In this document: positions 27,334 to 40,300 of the stretch, piece by piece
How the letters are laid out: each line of letters opens with the position of its first letter
How positions within the stretch are numbered: the first letter of the stretch is position 1
NCBI GenBank assembly: GCA_016748015.1
Contig: JAAOMT010000400.1
Coordinates: forward strand, 434,001-498,000
Direction: 5' to 3'
DNA length: 64,000 bases
DNA from: Geosiphon pyriformis uo1
Taxonomy: Eukaryota > Fungi > Glomeromycota
Translations under genes and position numbers: made by a program
The notes under the pieces: generated by a model
Database searches by the model: none
Seen by the model: only the letters and a program-made list of their open reading frames with translations
What the model was told of the DNA's origin: nothing

Positions 27334-27823
27334 TAACTAATTTTGAAATTAATTAAAGTTTTCTGAATTGTCACAATATTGAAAAGACTGATAAATTGCT
27401 TGATTGTTAGTTAAGTATTTTTTTTATTTTCTGATTAATAGCTTTGCCAAATTGTTTCAATTTGGTATTCAATTCAGATAATTTATTTATTATTAGATTT
27501 ATAACTTGAGTGTGGTTGGCTTTGAGCTTGGCTAATTCAAAATTTTTGGCATAGATAACTGTATTTTGAAATATATTTAAATGCATTGAGTATACTTATT
27601 GTAATAAACTACTGTGTAATCCATAAATAAATTGATTCAAGATCTGTAATACTGTAAAGTAATCAGTTTCAATTGCTTGAATTTAGTGCAGATTTTAATA
27701 AAAATATTCTAAATACATGATAATTGTTTTAATATCAATTTTTTTAATAGTAATAAACTTAGTTAATAATCAGTTAATGCTATTATAATTACTGAAATAT
27801 TGTAAAAATGTGGTTTTGAACAT

Positions 27824-28186
27824 TGTTACAAGTGATTATTTGGGATCTCAAATCCAATAACAAATCTATAACTTGGTGCTAATAGCTAGTATGATTTTTA
27901 TAATTTGAAAGTTTTGGTTGAGTTCTTTGTATAATGGACAGAGATTTAATGATTGTTTTCAATAGCTTTCTGGAATCACAATTCTGTCAATTTTTTCTTA
28001 GCTTGATAGCTGGCAATCCTCTAATAAGCAATCTATGATTCTTATGCATTCTACCTACTTGCAGAGATCTTTTACCAGACAATCCTTGATGTCAATAACT
28101 TAGCACTTAATTTTTAATCAATTAGTCAGCAACAAAAAATAACAAAAGAAAAAAAAAAAAAAAAAANNNNNNNNNNNNNNNNNNNN

Positions 28187-28228
<42 letters not shown>

Positions 28229-28802
28229 AATAAGCCAAGGCAATAAATATTAGTATCCTGTCAATAGCCATGATCAAAAACTATTGTTCTAATGTAATTA
28301 AGTATTAATTACTATTAACATTTAGAGTTGATAGCAAGCAATTAGATTTGAGATGCTAAATAAGTATATTTATTGATATTTTGGAATGATATGTTTTTAA
28401 TTAGAAATAGTAACTAATGAATTTCTGTCTGGGGATTCTTTCTTTTTTTGTTTTTAATGCTATTGCTATATATACATATTTTTTAGTTTTACAGAATTGC
28501 TTTGGATTATCTGTTTTTGCTAGCTATTACTTTATTTTCTTACATTATAACTAATTATCTTATGTTATAACATGTTTCTTGATATTATTACATATTATTC
28601 TGTGTTATCCTGTATTATAACATGTTATCTTATATTATAACACATTATTCTGTGTTATTCTGTATTATAACATATTATCCTACATTATAATGCATTATCT
28701 AATATTATTATGTATTATTCTGTGTCCTTTCATATTTCATCATGTTTTTCTAGGTCATGTTTTTCCTTTTTTCTTTGATTGGCTTTTCTTCTCCAAGTAA
28801 TA
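27824..28802 (-). mobile_element. Solo LTR in gag of A
   Basis: TGTTACA...AAGTAATA; TSD ACAT at 27820-23 and 28803-06; ~10/21-bp tandem repeats at about 28540-28725. Confidence 0.9.
28167..28186. other. Assembly gap
   Basis: 20 N flanked by poly(A). Confidence 0.99.
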
Positions 28803-28998
28803 ACATGTTAAAAATTTGTGGCTTGTTTATTAAACTTTAATACTATAAGTCTGTAGTATTTTGCAAAAAGTATAAGATAACTTAAAGTGCTCTGGCATCA
28901 TTTTATTTATTAACTGCAATAACTTTTATTATATTATTTAGTTATGCTTAAGTATTGTCTTTTTTATTAGTGAATTTCTCAATTTTTGTGATTGGTGC

Positions 28999-29787
28999 TA
29001 TTACTCATAGAAATTAGAAATTATAATAATAGGTAAAATAGTCAATCAGAAATAGGCATAGTAAAATAAAGAATTTTAGAATTCTAAAATTCTCTTAAAA
29101 AATTGCAGGATTTCCAAGATTCTCATGTAACACAAATTATGTATATATAGTAAGAGTGTTAAAAGCAGAAAAATATGCAAAATTAAATAGAATTCAGAAC
29201 CACAATATTTTTCCTTCAAAAGATAGTTTTTTATAACTTAAAATAGAAATCTATTAGTATTAAATAAAAATATTTAATTATCATCCAATTTATATTATTA
29301 TTATTTGATTAAAAATATTAATCACTTTTCCATTATTAACACTTTATGTTGATAGAATCCAATACTTAATCATATTAAACTAATAGCTTTTGATTATGGC
29401 TATTAATAGGATATTAATTTTTTATTTTTATTTCTTATTTTTTTTATTTTTTTTTATTTTTTTTAGTTTTTTTTGTTTCATTTTTTTGTTTTACTAATTA
29501 ATAAAAAAAATTAAGTGTTAAGTATTTGACATTAAAAATAGTCTGGTAAAAAACTTAAGAATAAGAATAGAAATTTAAAGATAGCTTACCAGAAAAGCAT
29601 AATTGTTAGAATAAACCAGCCACTATATTGAAGAAAAAAATTCACAGAAAAAACCATTAATTAAATCTCTGTTCATTATACAAAAAACTCAACCAAAATC
29701 TTCAGAAATTATCAACATTACCAGCTATTGAGCACCAAGTTATGAATTTGTTATTTGTTCCAACATTCTAAATAATTATTTATAATA
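28999..29787 (+). mobile_element. Solo LTR (A-like) in gag of A, opposite orientation
   Basis: Decayed termini TATTACT...TTATAATA; reverse-complement similarity to 30720-31585; flanks GTGC and ATAT differ only by G>A/C>T. Confidence 0.8.
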
Positions 29788-30719
29788 ATATATAGACTAT
29801 TAATACAAGTTGTTATTGTTATGATTGTTAAGAAGTGACAATTGATGCTATTAGTAATTAATTAATCAAAATGACTGAAGATAAGTTTTGTTAAGTAAGA
29901 TTTGGATTGTTTGGGTTTTGCTGAGTTTGAACAATTAAAGTTTAGACTTTTAGATTATTTAAAATTAAGTTTTAATTATTTTTTTTCTGATCACAGTTTT
30001 TTTTTTTCTGAATTAGTGTCTGTCCAATTATTGGTAGATTTAAAATTTGGTTAAGGTAACAGTAATTGAAGTCTTAATAGTATCATTGGTCATGATTTAA
30101 ATTCTTTAAAAAAATTGTCATAAGTTTCTAATAATTTGGTTTTTTCCTGATTATTTTAAAATAGTACTTATGACAATGGTGTTTTCAACATAGATGCAGC
30201 TGTTAATTTTATTTGGATAATGCTTCTAGATGTATAATAGTATAACAGATAAATAGGTAAAATGACTTTTGGTTTTTTTCAAATAAACAATTGTATTTTT
30301 TTTGGTGTTTTTGTTAAAGTTTGTAACTTTTTTTTTCTTTGTTTACAAAGATAGTAGAAAATTTCTGTTGAATATAATTTTCAATTTTTCGATTTATTTT
30401 TGTGATTAATAGGGTAAATAAATAATATTGTAAAAACATAATGCTTTGAAGTAATTTACTGTAGAAATTTTTGAGAATAGTTTCTAGATCTTTTTAGTCT
30501 TCTAAGTATAATAAAATTTTTATATTAATATAGAAGTTAAAAGCTAATTCTGCTGGCCAATAGTAACTTATTAATTTAAAATAAGTTTGATAATATTAAA
30601 ATAAAGCTTTCATGAATTTCAAGTAGTTTGTTTTTATTATTTTTGATTCTGTTACTGTTTTAAATAATAGATATTAATATTGATTCTTTATTAGATTATA
30701 CTTTATAGAAAGCACCAAA

Positions 30720-31585
30720 TATTACAAGTGATTATTTGAGATATTGGAACAAATAACAAATCATAATTTGGTGCTTAATAGTTGTTGATATTAGTAATTT
30801 CTAAAGATTTTAGTTGAATTTTTTGTATAATAAATAGAGATTCAGTTAATTATTTTCTTCAATTTCTGTTTTCAGTATGATAACCAATTTATTTTGGCAG
30901 TTATGTCTTTTTGGTAAGTTATTTTTAAGTTTTTATACCCTTGTTTTATGGGTTTTTTACCAGACTATCTTTAATATCAATTATTTAATACTTAATTCCT
31001 TAATTAATTAGTAAACAACAAAGAAATAAAATAAAAAAAAATAAAAAAAAATAAAAAATGAAATAAGAAATTAATATCTTATCAATAATTATAATTAAGA
31101 GTTATTAGTCTAATATAGTTAAGTATTGAATTTTATTAACATAGATTGTTAATAGTACAGAATTAATTAATATTTTTTAATCAAGTAATAATAATATAAA
31201 TTTGAATAATAAAAAATATTTTTATTAATATAAGTATGATTCTATTTCAAGTTATAAAAAACTATTTTTTAAAGAGAGAAATATTGGATAATTACTTATT
31301 ATTAACTACTGTTCTAACTGTTTTAAATTACTGTTTTTGCTTTTAATATTTTTACTATATATACAATTTATATTATACAAGATTCCTTAAAATTTTTCAT
31401 TTTTTTGAAAGAAATCTTGGAATTTTAGAATTTTGCAATTTTGCAATTTCTTAAAAAAAATTCTGAAATTTTGGAATTTTAAAATCCTGCAATTTTTAAG
31501 AAAAATTCTGGAATTCTTCTTTTTACTATGTTTTTTTTATTGGTTATTTTTCTATCTATTATAATTTCTATTTTTATAAGTAATA
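30720..31585 (-). repeat. 5' LTR of element A
   Basis: TATTACAAGTGATTATTTG start; PBS complement AGCACCAAA at 30711-30719. Confidence 0.88.
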
Positions 31586-34500
31586 CTACTATATATACTA
31601 ATGTCAAAGTTGATAATCATTCTATCAAATTAATTTTTAATAATAAATTAACAGACAGTATTATCACATGTTAACTTATGAACTAATTAAGTTACTAAGT
31701 TAATTAAACTATCAGCATTAGAATTATTACTGCTAATAGAACAATAAAAACTTTTATTGGTAAAATTGATAACTTTTTTTTCAAAGTTAATGGCATTATT
31801 ATACTTATTAAAGTTTTAGTTATAGAAGTTATGTAGTATTAAGCTTTTGTTAATAACAACTGATTTTTTAAGACTAATATTGTGCTTAACTAAAATACTT
31901 AGAAGCTTTAGCTCAATTATAATGATTAACAAAGTTAAGTACTGACTATTTATAGTTATTTTAAAACTCATTTAAAAGAACAACTATTGATTAAATAGAG
32001 AAAAAAAAAGAAAAACTTATTTGAAAAACATATCAAGTCTCTTGGGCCAAAAAAAAACATAATAAGTTGTCATTAATGTTTACATAAAAAAAAAGAGGAA
32101 AAAAAAGACAAATTTTAAATTACTATTGCCAAAAACAAATTAATTAACAGTTAATATATTCTATATTTAACACTAAAACCATGGAAACAACCATCTTATA
32201 TTCTATTTAAATACAAAAATTACAAGAAAAAGTTTTTATTCATAAGAATTTGCATTTTACCAAAAAAAATATAAAACACATATCTGTTACTATTATAAAA
32301 TATGCTACTAAAAATGCTTTAAATACTTAAAATAGCAGAGAAATATGACAATAAATTTTGCTTAGCTTGTAATAAAATTTTTCCAAACAAGAGAATATGG
32401 AACAATATTTCTAATCAAGAAAAAATATACAATAAATTGTATTAATACACAATTTTTATTAATAACTAGGTAAACAAAAAAATGCTGTATAAAACAAAGC
32501 TCTTTTATGCTTGAATAGTTATCTATATAATAAAAACAAGATCTAAAGAATAATAATAAACAAAATTGAAAGTATGTCTTTAAGTAAAATCTGAAAAATC
32601 AAAAACAACTTACTGAAATCTGTTAATACTGTTCTTATTTCAAATTCAGATATCTTTGTCAACATTATAAGTGATCCAAAACAATTTTATGAATATTACC
32701 AAGAGTTAACACTTACTCAAAAAAAGCAAGAGCAGTATTTAAAACAATTAAACCCTAGATTCTGTAAATATTGTCTAATTTCCAATAATTTTGAATATTG
32801 TAATAAGTATAATCTTATCTACAATTTACTACTGCACATAATCTATTCAATCTTTAAAAAAAAACTAATTAATAAGTATACTTTGAAATTCAAATTGAAA
32901 TTTAATTACAATTCAGACTTTAATAATAATAATAACATTAGTTTTAATAGTATTAATAATAACAATAATAACAATTTAAACTCAGATCTAAACTTCAAAT
33001 ACTATATCATGTTTTTAGATCTTTTTATAAAACAGGAATTAAATAGTTCAGTAATAATAATAAGAGTATTATGTCAAAATTTGTGTATAATACTAGGATT
33101 TGAATTCAGATATTTTGGAAAAGTTGCTATTATATTGAAACTCTATTTATACATTAGTATAGATTTGAAAATAGCTCTAGAAATTCTGACAATAATAATA
33201 ATTTAATTAATATTTAGATTTAGTTTAGCAAAAAAAGAAATTAACATTAATAAAAAAATAATTAATATAGAATATATAAAAAATATTATTGCAATATTAC
33301 AAAATAAATCAGAAAAAGGATATACTATTGAACTAAATAAAAAAATAGCACAAACAATATTTCTGTTTTTGATGAAAATAGCTTAATTAGTGCCAATAAG
33401 AACAAGAAAAAAGTTAAAGATAATAATAAAAAGAATAAATAAGTTTAGATTAATAGAAAAAATAGAATTACCAGTTAATATAGCAAAAGAAGAAATAATT
33501 AACCAGAAAAAAATTATTTTTACTCATTAATCAATTTCTATTTTATCATATAATCAATATATCTTAGTTATTAAGAAAAAAGTGAAAAATCAACTTCAGA
33601 TTTTTAAAATAAAATCTATTATTTGTGAATTAGGAGAGATTGTTATTATTAATCTATATATACTAGCCAAAAATCATAAACACATTAAAATTTCAATATA
33701 TAATATAACTAGAAACTCAATAGAAATACTAAATAGAACTATTATTAGATACTTAAATACTAAAGTTAAGGATCAAATACCAACTATTATTTCAGATTTT
33801 CTATAATTTTGTGAATATGTAAATATTATATTATAAACTATTTACAAATAAAAAAAATATTATTTGCTACAGCCAAAATAGCTAAAACAAATAAATTTAG
33901 AAAATTTAAATTTATTTCAAAGAATACAACTTTAGCTATTACTTGATAATTTCAATAATATTTTTGCTAGTAAAAATAAATTTGGTAAAACAGACATTAT
34001 TTAGCATCAGATTAAAACTGAAAATACTATGCTAATTAAGCAAAAAGCATACTAAGTACCATCTACTAGCTATAAAATTATTTGACAAGAAATCAACTAT
34101 ATGTTAAGCAAAGAGTTAATTTAATTATTAATAAATTCATAATTATTATCAGTTATATTTATTTAGAAAAAAAATAGAAAAATTTGGTTTTGTATAGATT
34201 ATAAAAAGCTTAACAATATTACTTGTAAAGACAATTATTTAATTCTACTAATTCAGAAATTATTTAATGTTTTTGAAAAAAAATATAATTTTCAATATTA
34301 GACTTAGATAGTAGTTACTGACAAGTAGTCATAAATTTAACTAATAAAGAGAAAACAGCATTTACTACAAAAAAAAAGAATTTTAAATTCGATATTATGT
34401 CTTTTGACTTAATATTTCAACCATCTTTTAATAATTAATAAAAATTATTTATACTAAATTGCTATGAAAATCAATAATAATCTACTTAAATAATACCAAT

Positions 34501-37380
34501 ATGTTTTCTAAAACATTTAATAATTATTTTTACTATCTTTAACAAGTATTTGAAAAATTGAAAAGAACAAACTAAAATTAAATACTATTAAATGCTTTTT
34601 TGAAAAAAAAAATCTCAAGTTTTTAGAACATATTATTAGCAAAAATAACATTAAAACAGATTTAAATAAGATTAAAATAGTTAAAAACTTTCTAGTACTA
34701 ATCAATCTTATTAAACTTTAATTATTTTTAAGATTTGCCAGATACTATTAATGTTTTATTCACAACTTCCTTAAGTTGGCTCAATTATTTTATCAACTTC
34801 AAGCCAAGAACACCAAATATAAATGAACAAAAAAACAACAAAAAACTTTTAATACATTATAAAAAAACTTATTTAAACTTTAGTATTAATTTATTCAAAT
34901 CATAGCAAACTATTTATTATTATTACAGATGTATTTGGTTAAATATTAAAAGCAGTATTATTACAAAAAAAATCAAAAATTGACCAGAATATTCAAAAAC
35001 ATATGTTAGCCAAAGTTTGAGTACAGCTAAAAAAAACTATAAAATATTAGCATTAAAACATTTAACAATCTATTAGGCTGTTATTAAATAGAAAAAATAT
35101 TTAAATCAAAAATTTAATGTATATACCAATCACAAAAAATTAACATTAATTCAAAAACAAGAATTTAAAAATGATTAATATGTAAGATAAAAAATATAAT
35201 TATTATAGTATATTATAAAAAGAGAAAAAATAAAAATATTAATAATTTATTATGTTAAGACATATCTAAAACATTTTCAACCAGAAAAATAAATCAGAAG
35301 ATGAATACACAAAAATATTAACAACTTTAATATTATATTAATATTCAACAGTTCAAAAAAAATTTATCTTAAAAAGAACAAAACAACATAAAACAACAAT
35401 TAAAATACTATATAATTTATTAAAATATACTATATTAGAAAAACAAAAAAGAACCAAACCAGTCATTCAAAGTCATTACAGAATTAGAAAAAAAAAACAA
35501 TACTGTTTAACATATATTTTGATCTAATAACAAAACACTTTTATAAAGAAGCCACAATAAAAAAAACCAGAAAAAGATATTATTGGCCATTAATGTATTT
35601 AGATATTATTTAATATGTGCAAAATTGTGATGCTTATTAGAAAAAAAAAAGTTAGATCCAATAAACCACTAAAACCAATTAAAGTAAAACAACTATTTGA
35701 TTAAATTAAAATTAATTTAGTTAAACTATTGATAATAACCAGTAAAAACAACTAATATATACCAGTTATTATAAACTATCTTACAAAATAACTAGAAGTC
35801 AAAGCTATTTAAAGAGCAAATACAGAATCTGTAGCCAAATTTATATATCAAGATTTGATTTGGCAATATAAATATCCAAAAAAATTGTTATCAGATTAAG
35901 AAACTTATTTTGTAAACAAAATATTTACAGAATTAAGTCAAAAATTTAGAATAAAAAAACCATTATCATTTTTATATTATCTACAAATCAATGGCTTAAT
36001 TAAAAAATTTAATAAAACATTATGTAAAACAATAGCCAAAATCAGCCAAAAAAACCAAAACAAATAAGATTTGTTTATATTATAAGTATTATTTACTTAT
36101 TAAATAATAAAACAAGATATAATATAAACAATACTATTTAAGTTAGTATATAAAAAAATAGCAATATTACTAATAGAAATAGATATTTACACATATCCAA
36201 TAGAATCAATAATAGAAATTAACATTTAAGAAACACTTTTGTGAAGAACTTATTACTTAATAGAAATACTAGAAAAAAAAAGCAGTTAATAATATTCAAA
36301 GATCATAGAAAAAATAAAAAAAATAACATAATAATTAGTTATCAAACAAACCAGTTGAATTCAAGATAAAAAACAAAATACTCTTATATCATACCAAAAT
36401 AAAAAACCATGGAGTAAAAAATTTAATTCCAAATAGAATGATCTATTTTACATTAAAAAAATTCTGGAAAATAGAGCCTATAAGTTAAGATAAAACAACA
36501 AAATCTTAATTAAAGCAATACATAATAATCAACTGAAACTATATTACAATATAATATTATTTTTTACCAATAACATTCCACAACTTAAAATACAATAAAT
36601 ACCAGTTAAACCAAATAAGATCTTACAAAATTTGGAACCAAATATAATTATTAAAAAAAACATGTTAAATTAATTTATTAAAACAATATATAAAAAACCA
36701 GTATATATAACAAAAATCACAGTAAAAATAGAAATTACTAACAATATTTACTTACTAGCAACAACTATTACAACTTATTTAACATTAAAAATCAGGCCTA
36801 AAAGTAACAATTAACAAATAAACAATACAATATAAAAATAAGAGAATAATACAAAAGATTTAAAACAAAAAACAAAAAGCTAAATATCATATTTCTAAAA
36901 ACACAGTAAACAAAATAATAAAAAAAGTGAAAAAAATACTAGAAATCACAAAAAAACAAATACCAAATAAAAAATTGATCTTAAAAAATTGGAATTAATA
37001 AATACAACAATTTTTTAAGAATTTTTATTACTATTAGTTAAAACAAAAATTAAATATTTAAAACTTGTATACTATTATCTAAGTAGAAAGACCAAAATTA
37101 TAAGAAAAAATATAATAACATAGAAAAAACGTAATATTGCAAAATAACACAAAAAAATATATAATAACTCAAGATAACACAATACAAAAATTCAATAACA
37201 TAATATAGCACAAAATAACTAGTTAAAACTTAGGATAACTAATAATAACATAAAAAAATGAAGCAATAATAGAAATAATAAGTAGTAGTTAGCAATAACA
37301 AGACAATTAAAAACAATTTTGTAAAATTAAAAAAAATAAAAACAAGTAGTTTTAGAAGATAAAAAAAAGATAAAAAAAAA
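31586..37380 (+). mobile_element. Ty3/Gypsy element D (3' part: protease to ORF3), cut by A inside the protease; no 3' LTR found
   Basis: Starts mid-protease (IYTNVKVDNHSIKLIF); dUTPase about 33060-33470; RT YLNNT at about 34480; integrase about 35320-36670; ORF3 motif FYYY*LKQKL at about 37023-37052. Confidence 0.82.
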
Positions 37381-40300
37381 CGAATTTTTTTTTATTTCTC
37401 TTTTATTTCTTTTGTGAATTAATTTTATTTATATCTTATATTTATATTATATCAAACAAAAAAATAGTCAAAACAAATTTACTTATATCTGATTCTTAAA
37501 TTTATATGTTTTATTTAAATTAATTATTTTTTTTTGTTTTAGTTTTCAGCCAGATGCTCTTAGCATAATTGTAGTAAAATCTTAATAACTTAAATTAATT
37601 ACTTTTAATTACAGTAATTAATAATACTAATTTCTTTTTTTTATTTTAATTTTATCTTTTTTTTTTTATTTTCTTGTAAAATAACAATCTTAGAAAATTG
37701 ATTATTTGAGAATAGACTTTATAATAATCTGGTAAAAAAAAAAGTTTTCTTTAAAATTAAATATTAATGTTATTTTGTTAACTTATCAAAAAAGCAAAAA
37801 AACACTTAACTAGCTCAAAGAAAATAGTTTACATATACCCAATTGCAAACAGTTAAATTATATCTTTGTGTCTTATAATTAAAAAACTCTATAAGTAAAT
37901 TTATATTAATTAAAAATCTTCAAAAATTAATAATCTTAACTCATTATTTTTCTAAACAAAAAAAACTTTCAAGCTTTTTTACTTAAATATAAAGCATTAA
38001 ATATTACTATTACATTCTACCAAGTTTATTTATAATACTAGTTAACAAATTTATTATACTATTAATAGTTTCAGGCTTTTTTGGCTTCTTGTATAAAGAA
38101 CTATAAGAGTAAATACTCTCAATACACTTTTTTTTAGTGTTAAACTGAATCTTTAATCTAGCTAATCTAGAAACAAAACTATTAGCAAAAAAGACTACCA
38201 GTTTTATAACAACGAAAAAAGTGTACTAAAAAAAATAATTACAAAAACAAAAAAGAGAAAAAAGAAGAAAAAACATATTTTTTTAGCTATTCTATATTTT
38301 TATTTATAACCAAAAAATTAATAAAAAAAGAAGATTTATTACAAATTAAATCTAAAAAATTTTTTTTTTAAAAAAATATATTATATTTAAAAATATTTTT
38401 AATAAATAAATAATTATAACAAAACAAATTAACAACAAAATAATATTATTTATATTAAAAAAAAATTAGTTATTATAATAGAGATTTTAATTAAAATTTT
38501 ATTTTATTTTTTTTTATTACAAGTTTTATAAATGAAGTCCAACTGCTATCTAATACATAGAACCAAATTAAGTGGAACCAACTAAATGCAGCTTATATAC
38601 AGATTATATGTGGCTAGCCACTTGAACCAGACAAGGCACACTATGCACTTATGTTGACAAAAACACCACCATCCAAACCAGAAAAAAATTGACACAATTT
38701 GCATCTACCAAATCTAACAGTAAAGAATTTTATAACACCAAGCATATGGACAACACCAGCCGACAATCTGGAAACCATACTGTCAGACAAGCCAGAAATC
38801 AAACTATTATCCCCAACCAAGCCAGCCTTTTCTATATCTCTCCTATGCTTGGTCCTAATAGCCCATATCTTATTATGATGTAACTCTACCACAAATCTAA
38901 TAAATTCAACAAGGACTGAAACAGCTTTTTTTTTTCCTCTCAAAAACTAAAACAGCTTTAGCATACCAATTTTCTATTACAAAATCCTTGCAAACCACTA
39001 TAGAAAGACTTACATCCAAAGAACACAATGAGAGTGAAAGCAGAATAGCAGATGTAAATGGACTCAAAAGATCAGATATTAACAACCATTTTTTAGCAGC
39101 TTTAACCAAAATGTTCCCACAAAGACCAAAATTGCCAGAACAAATAAAAACATGGTCAGATAACTCTACCTCACTACACATCAAGCACAACACCTTAGCA
39201 TAATTCTTCTTATACAACCTTTTTCTAACTGCAACCAGCAACTGCCTATATACAGCCTTTATCAAATATGTGTGTAGATTGGCTGATTTCCTACTGGTAA
39301 ACTCAGACAGCATATGTGAATCAGGGTGCCAAACTGCCGCAGTAGTCCCCCAATTTATTTTCTTAATCATAATATCTGGAACAATATCAAAACCCAGACC
39401 AGCTTTCCAATAGACATGACATATTAACTGGTGTAAGTCTCAAACAAAATGATAAACATTACCAGATACAGCAGTTTTTTCAGCAACCAGAAACCTTTCT
39501 TGAATCCTAACCAGCAAAAAAAGAGATAAGGAAGTCACCTCATTGGCCAATACATCAGCCTTAATGTTGCTTACTATATCTAAATGTCCCTTAATTTTCA
39601 CCTACTTAATTGAAACATTTTTACTCTTAAGGAGATTGTTTATATGCAATTTTTTGATCCAACATTGGTTATGAAAATCAGGCATAGTGAAAAATTTTTT
39701 GAAAGTGCATGTATCAAATACAGATTGACTATCTGAATACAAAACCACTGAACATGAAAATAGAACACACTCTAAAGCCAATGCTACAGCCTACAATTCA
39801 ATTAAAGTAGAGGACAAAAGCCCATCCACTCTAATCCTAATACCTGCATTTGCAGCTGAAAAGTATACAATCACTTCACCTATCATCTTAGCAGAACCAG
39901 CACATCTTAAAGATCCATTTGTATAAATCTTAATGCAATCAGACTACACTTCTAGTAAACTATCACAAACATCAAAAAATCTATCAGAATCTAAGACACT
40001 CAGCACATTTTTTCTACTAGTAAAAGTAGTTCTGACCCCCAAAAAAATAGATTTGGTCATAAAATTAAATGTTAATGAGAATTATTGAAGCATTGGGCCT
40101 CTTGAATCCAACCATTTTCAATGACAAAATGTTTTCCAGTCTATTACCTTCCCTTTTTTATCAAGAAGTCTGTCACCAAATGCAACACCAAACTACTTCA
40201 ATGACAAAACAGATTTGAAATACAAGAACTAACCCAAAATGCCAGATATCAGAAAGTTACTAAACTCACAAAAGGCACAAGACAAATTGTTTGTCAATGA

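Larger units (their letters stand above)
20054..30700 (-). pseudogene. ORF3, pol and gag remnants of element A, interrupted by three solo LTRs
   Basis: Colinear with the internal region of B but more AT-rich; FYYLEQKL ORF3 motif at about 20262-20285. Confidence 0.85.
1..31585 (-). mobile_element. Ty3/Gypsy LTR retrotransposon A (old, heavily mutated; hosts element B and three solo LTRs; 3' LTR runs off the window start)
   Basis: 5' LTR at 30720-31585 matches bases 1-137; PBS next to 30720; PPT at 138-152; decayed gag, protease, dUTPase, RT and integrase between 20054 and 30700 (e.g. ORFs 21037-21252 IN, 22550-22756 RT, 24816-25106 dUTPase). Confidence 0.88.

Noticed and set aside
28148-28226. 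Long poly(A) runs (also 43704-43800) as LINE/SINE tails
   Set aside because: Both flank 20-N gaps, so their length is unreliable.
31586-31589. TSD of element A (CTAC, GTAG on the element strand)
   Set aside because: Fits RTRN but the other end lies outside the window, so it was not counted.
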